Assembly: GCF_006345805.1 (NCBI RefSeq)
Contig: NC_043016.1
Span: 28,086,001-28,150,000, forward strand
Direction: 5' to 3'
Origin: Octopus sinensis
Taxonomy: Eukaryota
Length of the DNA: 64,000 bases
Under the pieces are notes generated by a model. The model made no database searches. It was not told the origin of the DNA and saw only the letters and a program-made list of their open reading frames with translations. This document shows positions 25,464-38,986 of the stretch, one piece after another. The first letter of the stretch is position 1. Each line of letters opens with the position of its first letter. Made by a program: the position numbers and the translations under genes.

Positions 25464-27099
25464 CTGAAAATAAAAGATGATAAATAACAGTTGTAAATAA
25501 TATTCAGTGTAAAGACGCCTTTATCTGAACACACATACACACGTATAGCAATACGAATCCTTTCTGATCGGTGGTGCAATTAAACAAGAATTCTTAAAGA
25601 AGAAATCTTTTAGGAGATGGCAGTAGGTGCCAGAATAAGGGCTGGCCCAAACCCTTTCCATCACAGAAGACAAAACTAACTGCAGTCATTAATGGTTCTG
25701 CAGCACAAGAGGAACTGGTTGCATGATAATGATTACATTCACACCTGAACACACTTCTCAACTGCCAGGATGTGTATATTCAACAGGTGATCTTCACTGT
25801 TTAGGTACAAACAGATGAAACAAGGTTCTGGATGCTATTATAGATATGTATCTACTCAATCAATCTTTTATCATTCTATCTTGTTTCAGCTAATGGACTG
25901 CAGCCATGCTAGAGTTTAGTTTACAAATAGACTCCAGGGCTTATTTTAAGCCTGGTATTTATTCTATCAGCCTCTTTTACTGTGATGTAACCAATCCAAC
26001 AGCAGTTGTTGAGTAGTGGTGGTAGTGAACGCAAACATATATGATGGGTTTCTTATTTCTTTATTGCCCACAAGGGGCTAAACATAGAGGGGACAAACAA
26101 GGACAAACAAGGACAAACAAACGGATTAAGTCGATTACATTGACACCAGTGCGTAACTGGTACTTAATTTCTCAACCCCGAGAGGATGAAAGGCAAAGTC
26201 GACCTCGGCGGAATTTGAACTCAGTACGTAAAGATAGACGAAACACCTATTTCTTTACTCCCCACAAGGGGCTAAACACAGAGAGGACAAACAAACGGAT
26301 TAAGTCGATTATATCGACCCCAGTGCGTAACTGGTACTTATTTAATCAACCACGAAAGGATGAAACGCAAAGTCGACCTTGGCAGAGTTTGAACTCAGAA
26401 TGCAGTGGCAGACGAAATACCGCTAAGCATTTCGCCCGGCATGCTAACGTTTCTGCCAGCTCGGCGCCTTCAAATATATATGATGGGGTTCTGTCTATAA
26501 AATCCACTTCCATGGTTGGCATGGAGCTATAACAAGACACTTTTGCCTAAGACGTCACCCAATGAGACTGATCCCATACGCACGTGGTTGGGAAGTAAAT
26601 TTCACAACCACTCCTGTATTACAAGTGGTTGGGGGTGGGATGTGTATGTAATTGAATATTCTAATGAACATTAACCACAGTATACAATGAGGGCTGAATA
26701 GGTTTATGTAACTGTATGTCCTTTCTAACATCAACCACTGTATACAGTGAGGGCTGAGTAGATTCAAACCACCGAATACAGTCTTTGAGACTGGTGAGGC
26801 TTTTTAAAACTATCTTTAGTCAACAGTTTTGAGGCAAATTTGATTAAGTTAAAGTCATATCATATACCCAGGCCTATTCCTCATTTTTTTTTTGTTAGGT
26901 GTGGGTAGCCACAGCAAGACACACATCAGGCATTCCATTCCTTTCCCAGCTCAAAAGGAAAAGCCCCATTCTATGCTCGGATCAAGGCATAGAGCGCAAA
27001 TTCCAATATCAGTAGCAGGGCCAGACAGCATCTGCTGGTTTACCTCCACCGCATCATGCTGGTTCTGTACTCCTTTGAGCAACATCAAAATTCACTCAT

Positions 27100-27900
27100 C
27101 CATTCACAAACACTCTCCAAGCTTTCCTATCATTTATAAACTCTCTTGCCTCTCTCACTAAAACACCTGTAACTGTCAAAGCTTTCCTCAGTTCATCCAC
27201 ACAAGCCATGATCTGCCGCCTACCACATCAGTCTTCACCACCCTCCTTTCTCATCCATCCTCTCCATGTGGCCAAACCACCTCAACATTCATCTAACCAA
27301 TTTGGTTGTTAGTTTTTCTTTCATTCCTGCTCATCTTTGCACCTCCTCATTCCTCATTCTGGCCCTCCATGTCACACCAACCATAGCCTTCAGACATTTC
27401 ATTTCAAACACACCCAGTCATCTCCTTTCTGCCTCTCTCAGCCCTCCCCAGTCTCTGCTTCATATAACATTGTTGGCACAATCACGCCCTCATACACACC
27501 TCTTTTTGCTTTCATACTCAACCTTTTATCTCTCAACATATCTTTCACAACTCCAAGTATCTTACTCCCCTCCCTTACTCTGTATCCTACCTCCTCAACC
27601 ACCTCCACCCATCTGCTGTCACATGTGATCCCAGATGCTTAAAAACACTCACCTCCTCTAACATCTCACCATTTATACTCACACCCATCCTACCAGCCAT
27701 TCCATCTCATCACCTTACTCTTAACTACATTCACTTTTAGTTTCCTCCTCTCACACATTCTTCCAAACTCTACTACCAGTTTCCTCAGTTGCTCTTCTAA
27801 ATCTATTAGTGTTGTGTCATCAGTAAACAACAACTGACTACCTCTCTCCATTTTCTCCCACCATTTAGGCTCTCCAACCAAGGGTTCTAGCATTTACCTC
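27100..27900 (-). mobile_element. RTE-clade LINE remnant (RT C-terminal half)
   Basis: ORF 27690..27893 QLLFTDDTTLIDLEEQLRKLVVEFGRMCERRKLKVNVVKSKVM (LLFADD-type catalytic motif), continuing EMLEEVSVFKHLGS; stops and frameshifts. Confidence 0.85.
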
Positions 27901-28121
27901 TCTTACCACATCACACCAGTAGTAAATCCATATTCCTAAAAAGGCAGCTAATAAGTTTAAGTAACCATTGAATAATTTCTTCCAACTTATATCACCTATA
28001 ATTTAAATATTTGTAGCAACATCTGAGTGAAAACTTTTATAAAATTAACATTATTTTCCTCCGTCAATACAAACACACACATATCATAAGCTATATAAAA
28101 TGTATTATCAATAAATCTTAC

Positions 28122-28248
28122 CTTGTGTAAATTGGCAAAGCTACTTTATATTTATTATCACCAAAAACTTGTATAAAATTGTTCATTTTTCCAATATTGA
28201 AACCATCTTTATCTGGACCTGTTTGGAAAATAGGAGCTCGGAACGCCT
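28122..28248 (-). CDS. ZDHHC2/15/20: DHHC palmitoyltransferase, 127-nt exon containing the PaCCT motif (EAFRAPIFQTGPDKDGFNIGKMNNFIQVFGDNKYKVALPIYT)
   Basis: tatattccag acceptor, AAG|gtaaga donor; AFRAPIF..GPDK.GF..G...N..QVFG motif. Confidence 0.96.
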
Positions 28249-28779
28249 CTGGAATATAGATGAGGTAGAAGAATGTGTTAGGCTTTTGCTTTTATCACTT
28301 GATCTAAATTCTCTCTGGTTGGCTTACACCATTTAATAGTAAACAGACACAATAAGTTAGGTATAGGCCATGCTGTAAGCAACAAATGATGGTATTGTAA
28401 ATTAACAGGATTAGGTTTTAGTACTGACTTTAAGTCTTCTTACATAGACACCCACAGATTGGCAGTAAACCTTCAAATGAGTCACATTAAAACAAAATAT
28501 ACGCAGTTCAAAGATATATCACAAGGCTGAATAGAGGTGATAAGCGATGAAACTGATGGGGTAACGGTGTATGTCTATTAGGGGAACATAGAGAATATGC
28601 ACCAAAACATGGACAATTAAATCCCAGAAACATAAGCACAGGATATTTAACTAAATAAAATAAGTGCTCGAAGCAAAGCAGGACAAGAGCTTATGTGCTA
28701 GTCCCTTAAATGGTACCATCATACTTGCACTTATATAGACAAGAGCAAGATAAGCTACTATGAAGTGAGTCAAAAATGA

Positions 28780-29000
28780 GACATAGTGAACAACGTGACT
28801 GCAGAATATCAAAAGTACAAGTTCTGTTGGGCCAGACATGTTGCAAGATTCACAGACAACAGGTGGACCAGTGCAGTTGCCGAGTGGTATCCAAAAAATT
28901 GGAGGTGGCCACTCGATGGGAAGACAATTTAGTTAAACAATTTGACCAAGATGGAAAAGAATGCAATCAAGAAAGAAGTGAAGTACATTGTCTTTGGTGG
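28780..29000 (+). mobile_element. RTE-1-like LINE 3' remnant
   Basis: Translation KFCWARHVARFTDNRWTSAVAEWYPK...TRWED resembles WAGHVARxxDNRWT...W.PR...RW.D. Confidence 0.75.
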
Positions 29001-29252
29001 TGTATAATATCCGATAGTCTTGTCATAACAGGTGGTAGACCTAGAGAAGGTAATACCAGGGTAATGTTCTCCAGGAAATTACTGCAGACATTTCTTCACT
29101 GGGACTGATCTAAGATTCAAAGGTGATATTACTTTTAACAGTAACAAAAGGCTAGGGATTATTAAAAGATGGATTTATTCAACTCTGTTCACACCAATAT
29201 GTTATTGAGATTTAAAGTAGAGATGGAATTGAAGTGTAAGTGAAATTCTTAC

Positions 29253-29388
29253 CAAGTGTTGTTCTGTTACGAAGAATCAAAAATATGTGGTAGCAAAATA
29301 GTGAAATAAGACTGCAACCAAACATTACTGAGACAAAGAACAAGAAAAGAATGTGGAATCTCCCAGCTGTAGGAGTATTGCTGTTAAC
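29253..29388 (-). CDS. ZDHHC2/15/20: DHHC palmitoyltransferase, 136-nt exon, TM4 and TTxE motif ([45 protein letters not shown])
   Basis: ttctccccag acceptor, gtaaga donor; [19 protein letters not shown]...NRTTLE motif. Confidence 0.96.
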
Positions 29389-31306
29389 CTGGGGAGAATG
29401 GAAAGAAAATTGAGTCAGTAACCTGGAAAAAGAAGCTGGTTGAAATAATTACAGACAGTACTTTAGTTTTTAACAAAAAATAAAAGTAATACACATAGTT
29501 GAAAGTATCCAACTAACTGGGAAACAAGATTTTTATTTTAAAAGTTAACTGAACTCATTTTTTTATCATTTAGAATTTATATTAAAAAATAAAACAAATA
29601 TTTGCTCCTGGAAACAGGCTCTAAACATCTAAAATTTTGCTTCATAAATAAGGAGAAAAAATACATACTGCTTAAAGATGTTCAATATAACATACAATTG
29701 CCACATGCACATACAGATGCATACACACAATAGCAGGTACATGTATAAGGATCTATTTGGAGAGAGACACTCACAACGGTGAGTATATGTATAATTTTTT
29801 GGGAATGTACATACAAATAATGAATATATGTTCAAATGTGTTTGGATACTCATGACAGACCATTTTATATTTACACCCTAAAAATAATACCAACAGCCAA
29901 ACTACTTTTGTTATACTATTAATATCTAGTTATACCTTCAATTTAATATAAATTTCATAAAATTCACTCAATGTTTTCCTCTTCAACATCAGCCACTGAC
30001 CTCCTCTTTTTCCAAATAAATATATGATCACTATTGACCACTGAACAGTGAAGTAAGAGTAAGTTATGTTAGTCAGTCAGGTAAAGTGGGAAACATACAG
30101 ATATGATGTCCAAACAAAACAACCATCATTTGAATTAATGCAAATGGTTAGTAATGCAGTCCTGACTTAATGAATCTTCATTAGTCAGGACCATGAGTGT
30201 CCAGTTGTTCAATCAAATGGATGACCAACTCATTGAAATACAGAGTAAGTAGCTGAGTGTCCTTAATGTAACTCTCAAGTAAAATCAGTGTAACATACTG
30301 TAACAGAGCTGGATTACAGTTACACTCTACCAGTGGGTTTCTATAGTTTCCATCTACTCACTTTCACTCACAAGATTTGGAGAGCAGGAAGACCTTTTGC
30401 GAGTTGTTGTTTAGCTTCAGGTCAATATCAACTGAATAGACATGATTAAAGGAAATTCAGTCATGACCCCCTATCATTTTTTGTTAGTTCTTTGGATGGG
30501 TATTAGGATTTCATTAGGTGTGCCCTTCTCTTTTTAAAGTGGTCTGAGGGAGATATAGCAGCTATTTCTAGATGAGAGAGAGAGACACACACACACACAT
30601 CTCTAAAATTAAATCCTTCACTTCATTAAAAGGGTGTCTAACAGGAATTGAGCAAATTAATGGTTCATAATTTAACAATTAATTAATTAATTTCCATCAA
30701 TGGAAATAAATTTGGAGATTTGCATGTTTAGAAAATCTGAATTTCTGTTCCTTAAATTTGTTGAAAAAGACATCTTAATTTGGAAGCAAGGGTATTTTAT
30801 TTCAAAGTCTTTTTAAAATTCTACATAGTTTTAAGATGTTTGCTATCATAAATAACAGCAAATGCCTGAGTGAATTTAGTGGACAGAAACTGTGTGAAGC
30901 CCATCATATATGGATATACATGTATATAAATATATATGTATATATGCATATAGGTGCAGGTGTGGCTGTGTGGTAAGAAGCTAGCTTCCCAACCACTTAG
31001 TTTTGGGTTCAGTCCCACTGCTTGGCACTTGGTCAAGGATCTTCTACTGTAGCCCTGGACCAACCAAAGCCTTGTAAGTGGAGAAGGGCATGCCGGATCA
31101 GATTAGAGCCTGGTGTAGCCTCCTGGTTTCCCAGACCCCCCAGTCAAACCATCCAACCCATGCCAGCATGGAAAACAGACGTTAAACGATGATGATGATA
31201 TATTTGTTTGTGTATATTTATATATGTGTGTGTGTGTGTGTGTGTGTATGTACACATACACACACACATATATATATATACATATATACACAAACACATC
31301 TGTATA

Positions 31307-31337
<31 letters not shown>

Positions 31338-32423
31338 CTCCTTGTCTTGACATCAAGTAATAGTTGTAAAGAGGTCTCACTGTCATTCATTTCCAATATT
31401 CTGCAAGAACATGCCTAGCTATGGGTAAATATTACCTTGCTTGGAAACTGGCGAGGGCTGGTGACAGGAAAGGCATCTGGCCATAGAAAATCTGCCTCAA
31501 AAAGCTCCGTCTGACCCATGTGAGTATGGAAAAGTGGACGTTAGTATGATGATGATGTATATTTGCATGTGTGCATACAAACGCTTGCATGTGTATGCAC
31601 AAATATTTTACATTCTACAGCTTCACTTGTCACTGCCTGAGTGAAACAATAAGTTTGTATTATTTGTTGACATTGCAACCAGTCACTCAGTGCTTTCAAA
31701 GATTATTAAAAAATGGCAATGATAAGTGGCCAAGACATTTGGTAATATATCATGCTTGGGAAAACTCATGAAACCAGGTGAAATCGTAGTTGTGGCTGAT
31801 GCCGATAGCACGTAAAAAGCACTGATTACACTTTTGGGGTGGTTGGCATTAGGAAAGGTATCCATCTGTAGAAACCATGCCAAATCAGATTGGAACCTGG
31901 TGCAGCTCCACAGCTTATCAGTTTGTCAAACCGTCTAACCCATGCCAGCATGGAAAGCAGATGCTAAATGATGATGGTGATCCCTTTCTCAGAAACAGGA
32001 AAGGGTTGGTGACAGGAAGAGTGACCAGCTGTAAAATCCGATCTTAAATAAGGTCCCTGTTCAACCCATACTAACAAGGAAAAGCAAACAAAATGACTTG
32101 GGAGTTTCCTAACAGAAAGCTAATGCAAAGATAAATTTTATAAAAGAGAAAATTACACACTTCCACCCATATACACATAATTATGGGAGAGAGAATGGAA
32201 AACAATAAGCTGAGAGTTAAATGTAGATTTTTAGAATATTAATAATAACAAAATATGTTTTAACATTTATAAAATATTCAATAATTAACATATATCAATA
32301 ACAAGTCTATGCAATTGAATGTTAGATAATTTTAAATGCAGAATGTGCCTGGATAGTATGTGCTACTGTAAATTTTATTCTATTAGTATGTGTAAGGACA
32401 GCTACATATGCTACTGCTGCTGC

Positions 32424-32457
<34 letters not shown>

Positions 32458-32625
32458 CTATAAACAGGCAATTTCACTTAAGGGGTTCCATAAACATTAA
32501 TAGTAATTGAAAGTGAAGGCTTCTCTAGTTGCATGAAATATTATGTATGTGCAGGGTTAACAATATGTAATTAATACTGATACACACACACACACACACA
32601 CACCACACATATATATATATATAAT

Positions 32626-32657
<32 letters not shown>

Positions 32658-33236
32658 CGCGTGAGAGAGTGAGAAAGAGAAACAAACAGTTTAATATCAA
32701 CTTAGAGAAAGTTAGAACTTGGCAACAGAAACCTTACTGAAACCATGTTACTGCCTGTATCCTAGTTTTAGAATAGGTACTTTGTGTATTTGGTGTCTCT
32801 ACATCTTGTCAGAAGTGGTTAAAATGGTTGGCAACAAGGATGGTATGTGACTGTAAAACACAGCCTCAGACAAACTGCCCATGTTGAAAAACTCGACATG
32901 GAATGGTGATAATGGATTGATTAACATTCATATTTCAATGTCAGCTGAGGTCAAAAACGTAATGTCCCTTTATTGCCAAATGTCAGTCACAATAGCTTTC
33001 TTAAATATTTTCCTTATGTAAAGACTCAGTACTAGCAGCTGTTAATCTCCATTCTCCTGCCACCAAAATGGAGTTCCTCTTTTGAAATTTGTTCTCATTG
33101 ACTAACCCATCTGCACAAATATGGTTAAATCAATCAAGTTTATATTTGCTCTTCAAAGACCAACATATATTATTATCATTATTAAGGTGGCAAATCATTA
33201 CTGCACTAGACAAGTAAGTGTTTGCAATGTCTAGAG

Positions 33237-33556
33237 CAGTGGTTCTCAGCTAGGGTTCATATGATTTTTGGGTGTCCACACAACAAAATAATTGGGGATC
33301 TACAATAGTATTTTAAGGGCTCCTGAAAATTCTTTTACTTTAGATATATGTATTACATGAAACAACTAGGTTTCTTTCTCTAACATTTTACATACTTCAA
33401 CCCACACAAGTTAATGTGTGAAAATCAAATTGAGAATGTTGAAAAAAATTTCTATAAAACTAGTTTTTTAAACATTGAATAACTATGGGGTTCCACTAGA
33501 ATAAAATAGTAATCAAAAGGGTCCAGAGATAAAAAAAAAATGGTTGTGAACCCTTG
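33237..33556 (+). mobile_element. hAT (Charlie-like) MITE, same family as 23689-24004
   Basis: CAGTGGTTCTC...TGTGAACCCTTG ends; 8-bp TSD GTCTAGAG/ATCTAGAG; body colinear with the 23689 copy. Confidence 0.85.
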
Positions 33557-34719
33557 ATCTAGAGAGTCCAACCATCAATCTGGAAGTGGTGGTTTAGTTC
33601 CAAGTGAGCCTTGATCCAAAATTTTTATTCATTTTTTTTTTAAAGTCAGCTTATGACCTATACATAAAGCTGCAAGTCTTTGTATACTCTGACACTTGGA
33701 AAGAGAGAGTTGGGGGGAGGGGTAAAGCAAAGTGATGTATGTAGGACTATCATTACAAGATCACACCATCAGAAAATATTACCAAATATCAGTGAAGCTG
33801 TTAATAACAATAACACAGAAGTCAATGAACAGCAGCATTCCAGAAATATTTTGCTTTCTTTTGTCATTTTCTCATTCAACATAAAACAATACTAAATAGA
33901 ATTCAACTGAATATGTGCATGAGTATATGTGTGTGTGTTTCTCTACATATCATATACACACACACACAAAGGATATTTTATAATCAGAACATTTTTATGT
34001 GGAGTGTGCGCTATTTTACTGACCTGAGGCATAATCATTTCGATGTAAAAAATATCCTGAAATGAGGATCCAAGACATTCATTCCTGCACACATACATAC
34101 ATCACCACATATATATATATATATGGGGGTGGCATATGCATATACACATAGTATCTAAATATATATATATATACACAGACACATACACAATTACATAACA
34201 GAAAAGAACAATGCCTGTATTTATGATGGACATCATTTCTTCCTAAACAAGAGACAAAATTTTTTTTAAAGTTTTTTTTCATTGACTCACTGAAATTTAC
34301 ATATTTGCAATATGAAAGTTATTATTGAGTGGTTAAATATCACAACATTATAAATAACAAGTTCAATTCTGGTAACTAACACTCACTCATTTCAGACATG
34401 TACTAAAATTATAAATAAAAAAATAAACGTAAAATTTAATATCATTTCTGAAATTCTTTTACTGGTCACCAATGTATGACAGCAATTTTTTACAATCTAT
34501 TTACAGTTTAGCAGTTCTTCCAATCAAAATCTGGTAAATGTTTTAATCTTTGGCAAATTCCAATTATGAAGAAAGGATACATAGAATATTAGGATCCCCA
34601 AATATAGAACAAAAAATTCTAAAGGATTACTATATCCATCCATTTTCTTTGCCCACAATCCTTGAGAGGGCCATGGGATAAGGTTTTTAGGTACCTACCT
34701 CTTCCATAGGGTCCTATCA

Positions 34720-35200
34720 GAAGCAACTGTCAATATACTTTCCAGCTGAATTCTCAAGTCTAATCAACTAAGATTATGGATATTATCCAATCATCCCATT
34801 CTTGATCTACCCCTAGGTCTACTACAACTGGGTTCAGTTTGAAGAATCAGTTTTGCAATTCTTTCCAACAATATTTTAATTACATGTCCATTAACACCAG
34901 AATTGTGACCTCTCAATGCAAAGAAGTAGCACCTCAACTTAGAGAGACTCCCTGATCACCAAGCTACATACCAAATCAAGTAACAAAAAGACATTGTGGC
35001 TTCACTGATTGCCAGCATATGAATTATGTTCAGCTTACACTTTTGCAACTGTGGCAGGCTAAGTTGATAAAATTGCAGAGAATCAACCCAACAGATGTTG
35101 GTTTGTATCTTGTCAGCAATACTGTGAACTATTTTGGTCAACAAGAACACAGTCTACTTAGTCTATTCAACCCATTCTATAAAAGATGCTATCAGTGTAT
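34720..35200 (-). mobile_element. RTE (Expander/Rex3-like) LINE 3' remnant
   Basis: Minus-strand translation IRESL*VEVLLLCIERSQ... followed by a decayed RPRGR-like segment. Confidence 0.6.
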
Positions 35201-35658
35201 TAACAGAGCTTATCTCAGTTTAAAGCCAATAACCAAAATTCAATATGAACTTCTCTAAAACTCATAGTTAACGAAGAAACAGATAAGGTATTATTTGTAT
35301 ATATAAATTATTATTTAGCAATTTCATTGTAATTAAAGGCATAATTTTTCTGCACATATTTCTAGCTAGGATTCCAGTGTATTTCCTTAATCTTCTCTTG
35401 GAAACTACTATCAAAGAGTTGATTCTTTTCTAATCTTTAAACATGCAATTCTTCATTAATTTGTGTCTTTAATGCCCATAGGTTTTTAAAACCACTCTAT
35501 TTCACTCTAATAACTGCATTAACTCAACAAAGCTTTTTGTTGCTCTTGTGAAAATTTATACCAATTATTATACACTTTAATGGAAACAACTCACATGTTA
35601 ATTGGAAACCTGAGTCGAAAGGAATAAAAATAGATTTATAAGAGGAAGCTACACTTAC

Positions 35659-35779
35659 TGTCCAAAATTCTATAAAATACTGCAAAGAGGTGGCAGCAAT
35701 ATAAAGACAGTATAGTAGAGAATAACCAAGGAAGAGTATGAAGAATTTGTAATTGGAAAAACCAACACAATTATTCACC
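35659..35779 (-). CDS. ZDHHC2/15/20: DHHC palmitoyltransferase, 121-nt exon, end of CRD and TM3 ([40 protein letters not shown])
   Basis: Matches ORF track 35524..35778; poly-T then gacag acceptor, gtaagt donor; WVNNCVGxxNYKFF motif. Confidence 0.97.
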
Positions 35780-35869
35780 CTGTCAAAAGAAAAAAAAAAA
35801 AAGAATTATGAAAATCGAAAGGTGGGGGAGAAAGTAAATAAAAGCATAAATGAGAATAAAATGAATAAA

Positions 35870-36087
35870 CCCTTTGCCTGTCCAAATCATTTTCATAGGT
35901 TTGTCCGAAATGCCTATATTTGTTTCAGACCTTTAGTTAGCTCTGGTTTCATATGTTCTGAGTAATATTAAGTCCTAAGTTATTCTAGTAGTTAGGAAAA
36001 AAAACTGGAAATGTATATCATATATGATGCACAGATGCTAAAGAAATATATTTTGTGCATCATGTGGTAGATAGCAGAGGCAAAGGG
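35870..36087. mobile_element. piggyBac-type MITE, second family
   Basis: TIR CCCTTTGCCT/AGGCAAAGGG; flanks TAAA and TTAA. Confidence 0.7.
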
Positions 36088-36846
36088 TTAAAATACATGA
36101 TATTACGCAAAGGTTATAGAATCAATTCAAATATTTAAAAGAATTTTTTTTTTTTTACAGATTAGTATTCACCGTCACTAATTTTGCTAAAACAACTTTT
36201 TACTATAATAGGTGCAGGTATGGCTGTGTGATTAAGAAACTCATTCTGTAACCATGCAGTTAAAGGTTCAATTCTACTGCATGGCACACAGTGCAAGTGT
36301 CTTCTCTAGCCACAGCTGATCAATAATTTGGTAGACAGAAACTTGGTGTATGTGCGTGTATGTTCCTGCCACTACTTGTCATCCAGTATTAGCTTGTTTA
36401 CATTCCTGTAACTTATGAGTTCAGCAAAAGAGACCAATGGGATAAATACCAGACTTTAAAAAAATAAGTTGATTTTCCTGACTAAGCCCTTCAAGGTAGT
36501 ACCCTATCATAGCTGCAGTTCAATGATTGAAACAAGCAACAAATAAATGATAATCTTTTCTATAACACCCTACTCTATACTTATTACTGTATTTCAATAA
36601 TATTTCTTTTTTCAAAAGATTAAGTGAAAATAAAATTAACAGTCTCAGTTTAGTTTCTACATTAATAATCTCTATATCTAAGGAACACACCCAATTATCT
36701 GCAGCATAAACTAAATTAGTTTGAATTTCCACATTAGGGATTTCACATTTAATGGAGGACAGAAATGATTAAATCTTAAACTGAAGAGACAAGAAGGAAT
36801 GAAAGTTTAAGAAATAAAATGGGACGTAAATAACAGGTTGAAGAGC

Positions 36847-37073
36847 TTAACTCCTTTGTTACCACATTTCTGTTGAAATTCACTGCCTATTTATTTTATT
36901 TTAAATTTCGTTAATAATGAAGAGTTTAGTAAAATAACTCATTATCAAGCTGGTGTTTGGAGCATAAATTTACATAAAATTTTGATGGAATATTTTAATT
37001 TAGACCACTTTAAGCATGAAATTTGTATAACAGAAACAGGAGGTCTTAGGCGAGTTGGTGCCAAAAAGGTTAG
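36847..37073. mobile_element. Decayed copy of the 12096-12316 MITE in the opposite orientation
   Basis: ttaactcctttgttacc...aaaaaggttag ends; internal gaagagtttagtaaaataact...aaattttgatggaatattttaatt resembles the reverse complement of the 12096 element. Confidence 0.6.
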
Positions 37074-37604
37074 ATGTAATACTTATGATAGTAAAGAAGG
37101 CATTAATAAGGATAAATAGGGTTTATTAAAACTTTATAATAATGGAATCAGAAAAAAATCTCTCCTCCACCAAAAAATTGGAATTTGACAGGTGTAAACA
37201 TTATTATATAATTGTATAAGCTTTAGCTAACACAGTGTGTATAACTGGATTCACTGGACAAAGAAACAAATGCCTATATAATCTCTTTAAGAGTATAACC
37301 ATCCCCCCACTGGTTGAGAATCTTGCTAACTTTGGTTCTGTTGAGAGACAGGTGGGTGCAGAGTCTTTGATATGTTGTTTCAAAAGGGATTGAAAATAGT
37401 CACATCAGATCCATTTTCCTGCCCATAAAGAGATTGTATAGTCATAATGTATTCACTTGAACTTTGAAGGGTCTGAATTTTTTTATGATAATAGAAATCA
37501 GAATAAATGTAAACTGATTTGTTGCTTATTTATAAAATATCACCACACCAGAAATTAAATATTTGAAACTGCAACAACAAATAAAATTGAATTTATCAAC
37601 ATAC

Positions 37605-37637
37605 CATGGACAGTGGTGATCCATCTTTAAAACACAG
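37605..37637 (-). CDS. ZDHHC2/15/20: DHHC palmitoyltransferase, 33-nt catalytic exon (CVLKMDHHCPW)
   Basis: tatatttccag acceptor, gtatgt donor; encodes the Asp-His-His-Cys active site. Confidence 0.97.
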
Positions 37638-38227
37638 CTGGAAATATAAAAAAGTAGAAGTCACAATTCTTCTTCAGGTAAAAAATTAAAATCTACATCA
37701 AGATTCATTAACATTAATATAATAATGTCCAAACACACAAAAACATCATAAGAATATTATTTCTATTACTCATGCTATATTTTGCACAATTTTCACAATT
37801 TTGCCATGATCCAGTAGAACTACAATGATCAAAGAGCTTGCAGTCTTGATTATTGTTTATTTTGCTCAGACAATATATTTAAGACCAACTAAATGGATAG
37901 CTAACAATTTCAATTTTTATTTTGCCGGTCAACACCAAACTGTATTCCCCATCCCCCATCAACACCAAACTGATTTTATTTTACCCATTAACACCAAACT
38001 GTTTTTTTTTTATTTAAAAAAAAAAAAAAAGGCCCGGGAAAGAATGCTAGAAATAAGGCAGAAAGGAACCTAAAGACAATTTTTGATGGCTGTCACCATT
38101 TTTATAAAGCTTCACTTATAAAAAAAAACTGGAAAAACCTGACAGATAATATTGTGAGATATATAGCAGAAATGTATCCAAATAACCAGTCTTAAGCCGC
38201 TTAATTAAATTATAATTATATAATGTG

Positions 38228-38545
38228 AAGGCATATGGCTTAGTGGTTAGAACATTCATCTCATGATTGTAAGGTCATGAGTTCAATTCCCAGCAGTACA
38301 TTGTATCTTTGAACAAGAAAACTTTATTTCTTGTTGCTCCAGTCCACTCAGCTGGCAGAAATGAGTTGTAACTATAATTCAAAGGGCCAGCCTTATCACA
38401 TTCTGTGTCATGCTGAATCTCCTTGAGATCTACATTAAAGGTATGTGGAGTGCTCAGCCACTTGGACATTAATTTCACAAGCAGGCTGTTCAGGTGATCA
38501 AATTAAACTGAAACACTCATTGTTGTAACTGATGGAGAGTCAGGT
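38228..38545 (+). mobile_element. tRNA-derived SINE, family B; related heads at about 8030-8350 (-) and 44810-45120 (-)
   Basis: TGGCTTAGTGGTTAG A box, GAGTTCAATTCCC B box, CORE-like ttgaacaagaaaactttatttc...gctccagtccactcagct. Confidence 0.75.
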
Positions 38546-38952
38546 AATTATATAATGCTTATAATGAAATAATTCTTTACATTAGTTCACAGCCATAAAT
38601 TTGATAAACCCAGTATTTGAATTGTGCTAAATAGCTCAGATGAACTGAAAACAAAGTCAACTTTTAGGGGTAAGAAAAGGGACAAATAGACACCACAAGG
38701 TATCCTACCTGACTTTTCACTCTTAACAGTACTCCTGATACTAATTAACACGAATAAGAAAAAAGACCAATAGGAAATTTTGAATATAACAGGTAGAAAG
38801 CATTTTAATTGATAACCAAATTAGTAGATTGGGTGATGTTAAAGTGCAACACCTTAGTACTGTAGTTAAGAATATTGATTCTCTGGACTACATATCCCTC
38901 ACAAATACAGCAATAAGTAATAATAAACAGGTATCACTGTAGAATGACAAAT

Positions 38953-38986
<34 letters not shown>

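Noticed and set aside
26041-26532. 163-aa ORF with an internal peptide repeat
   Set aside because: Antisense read-through of a duplicated SINE
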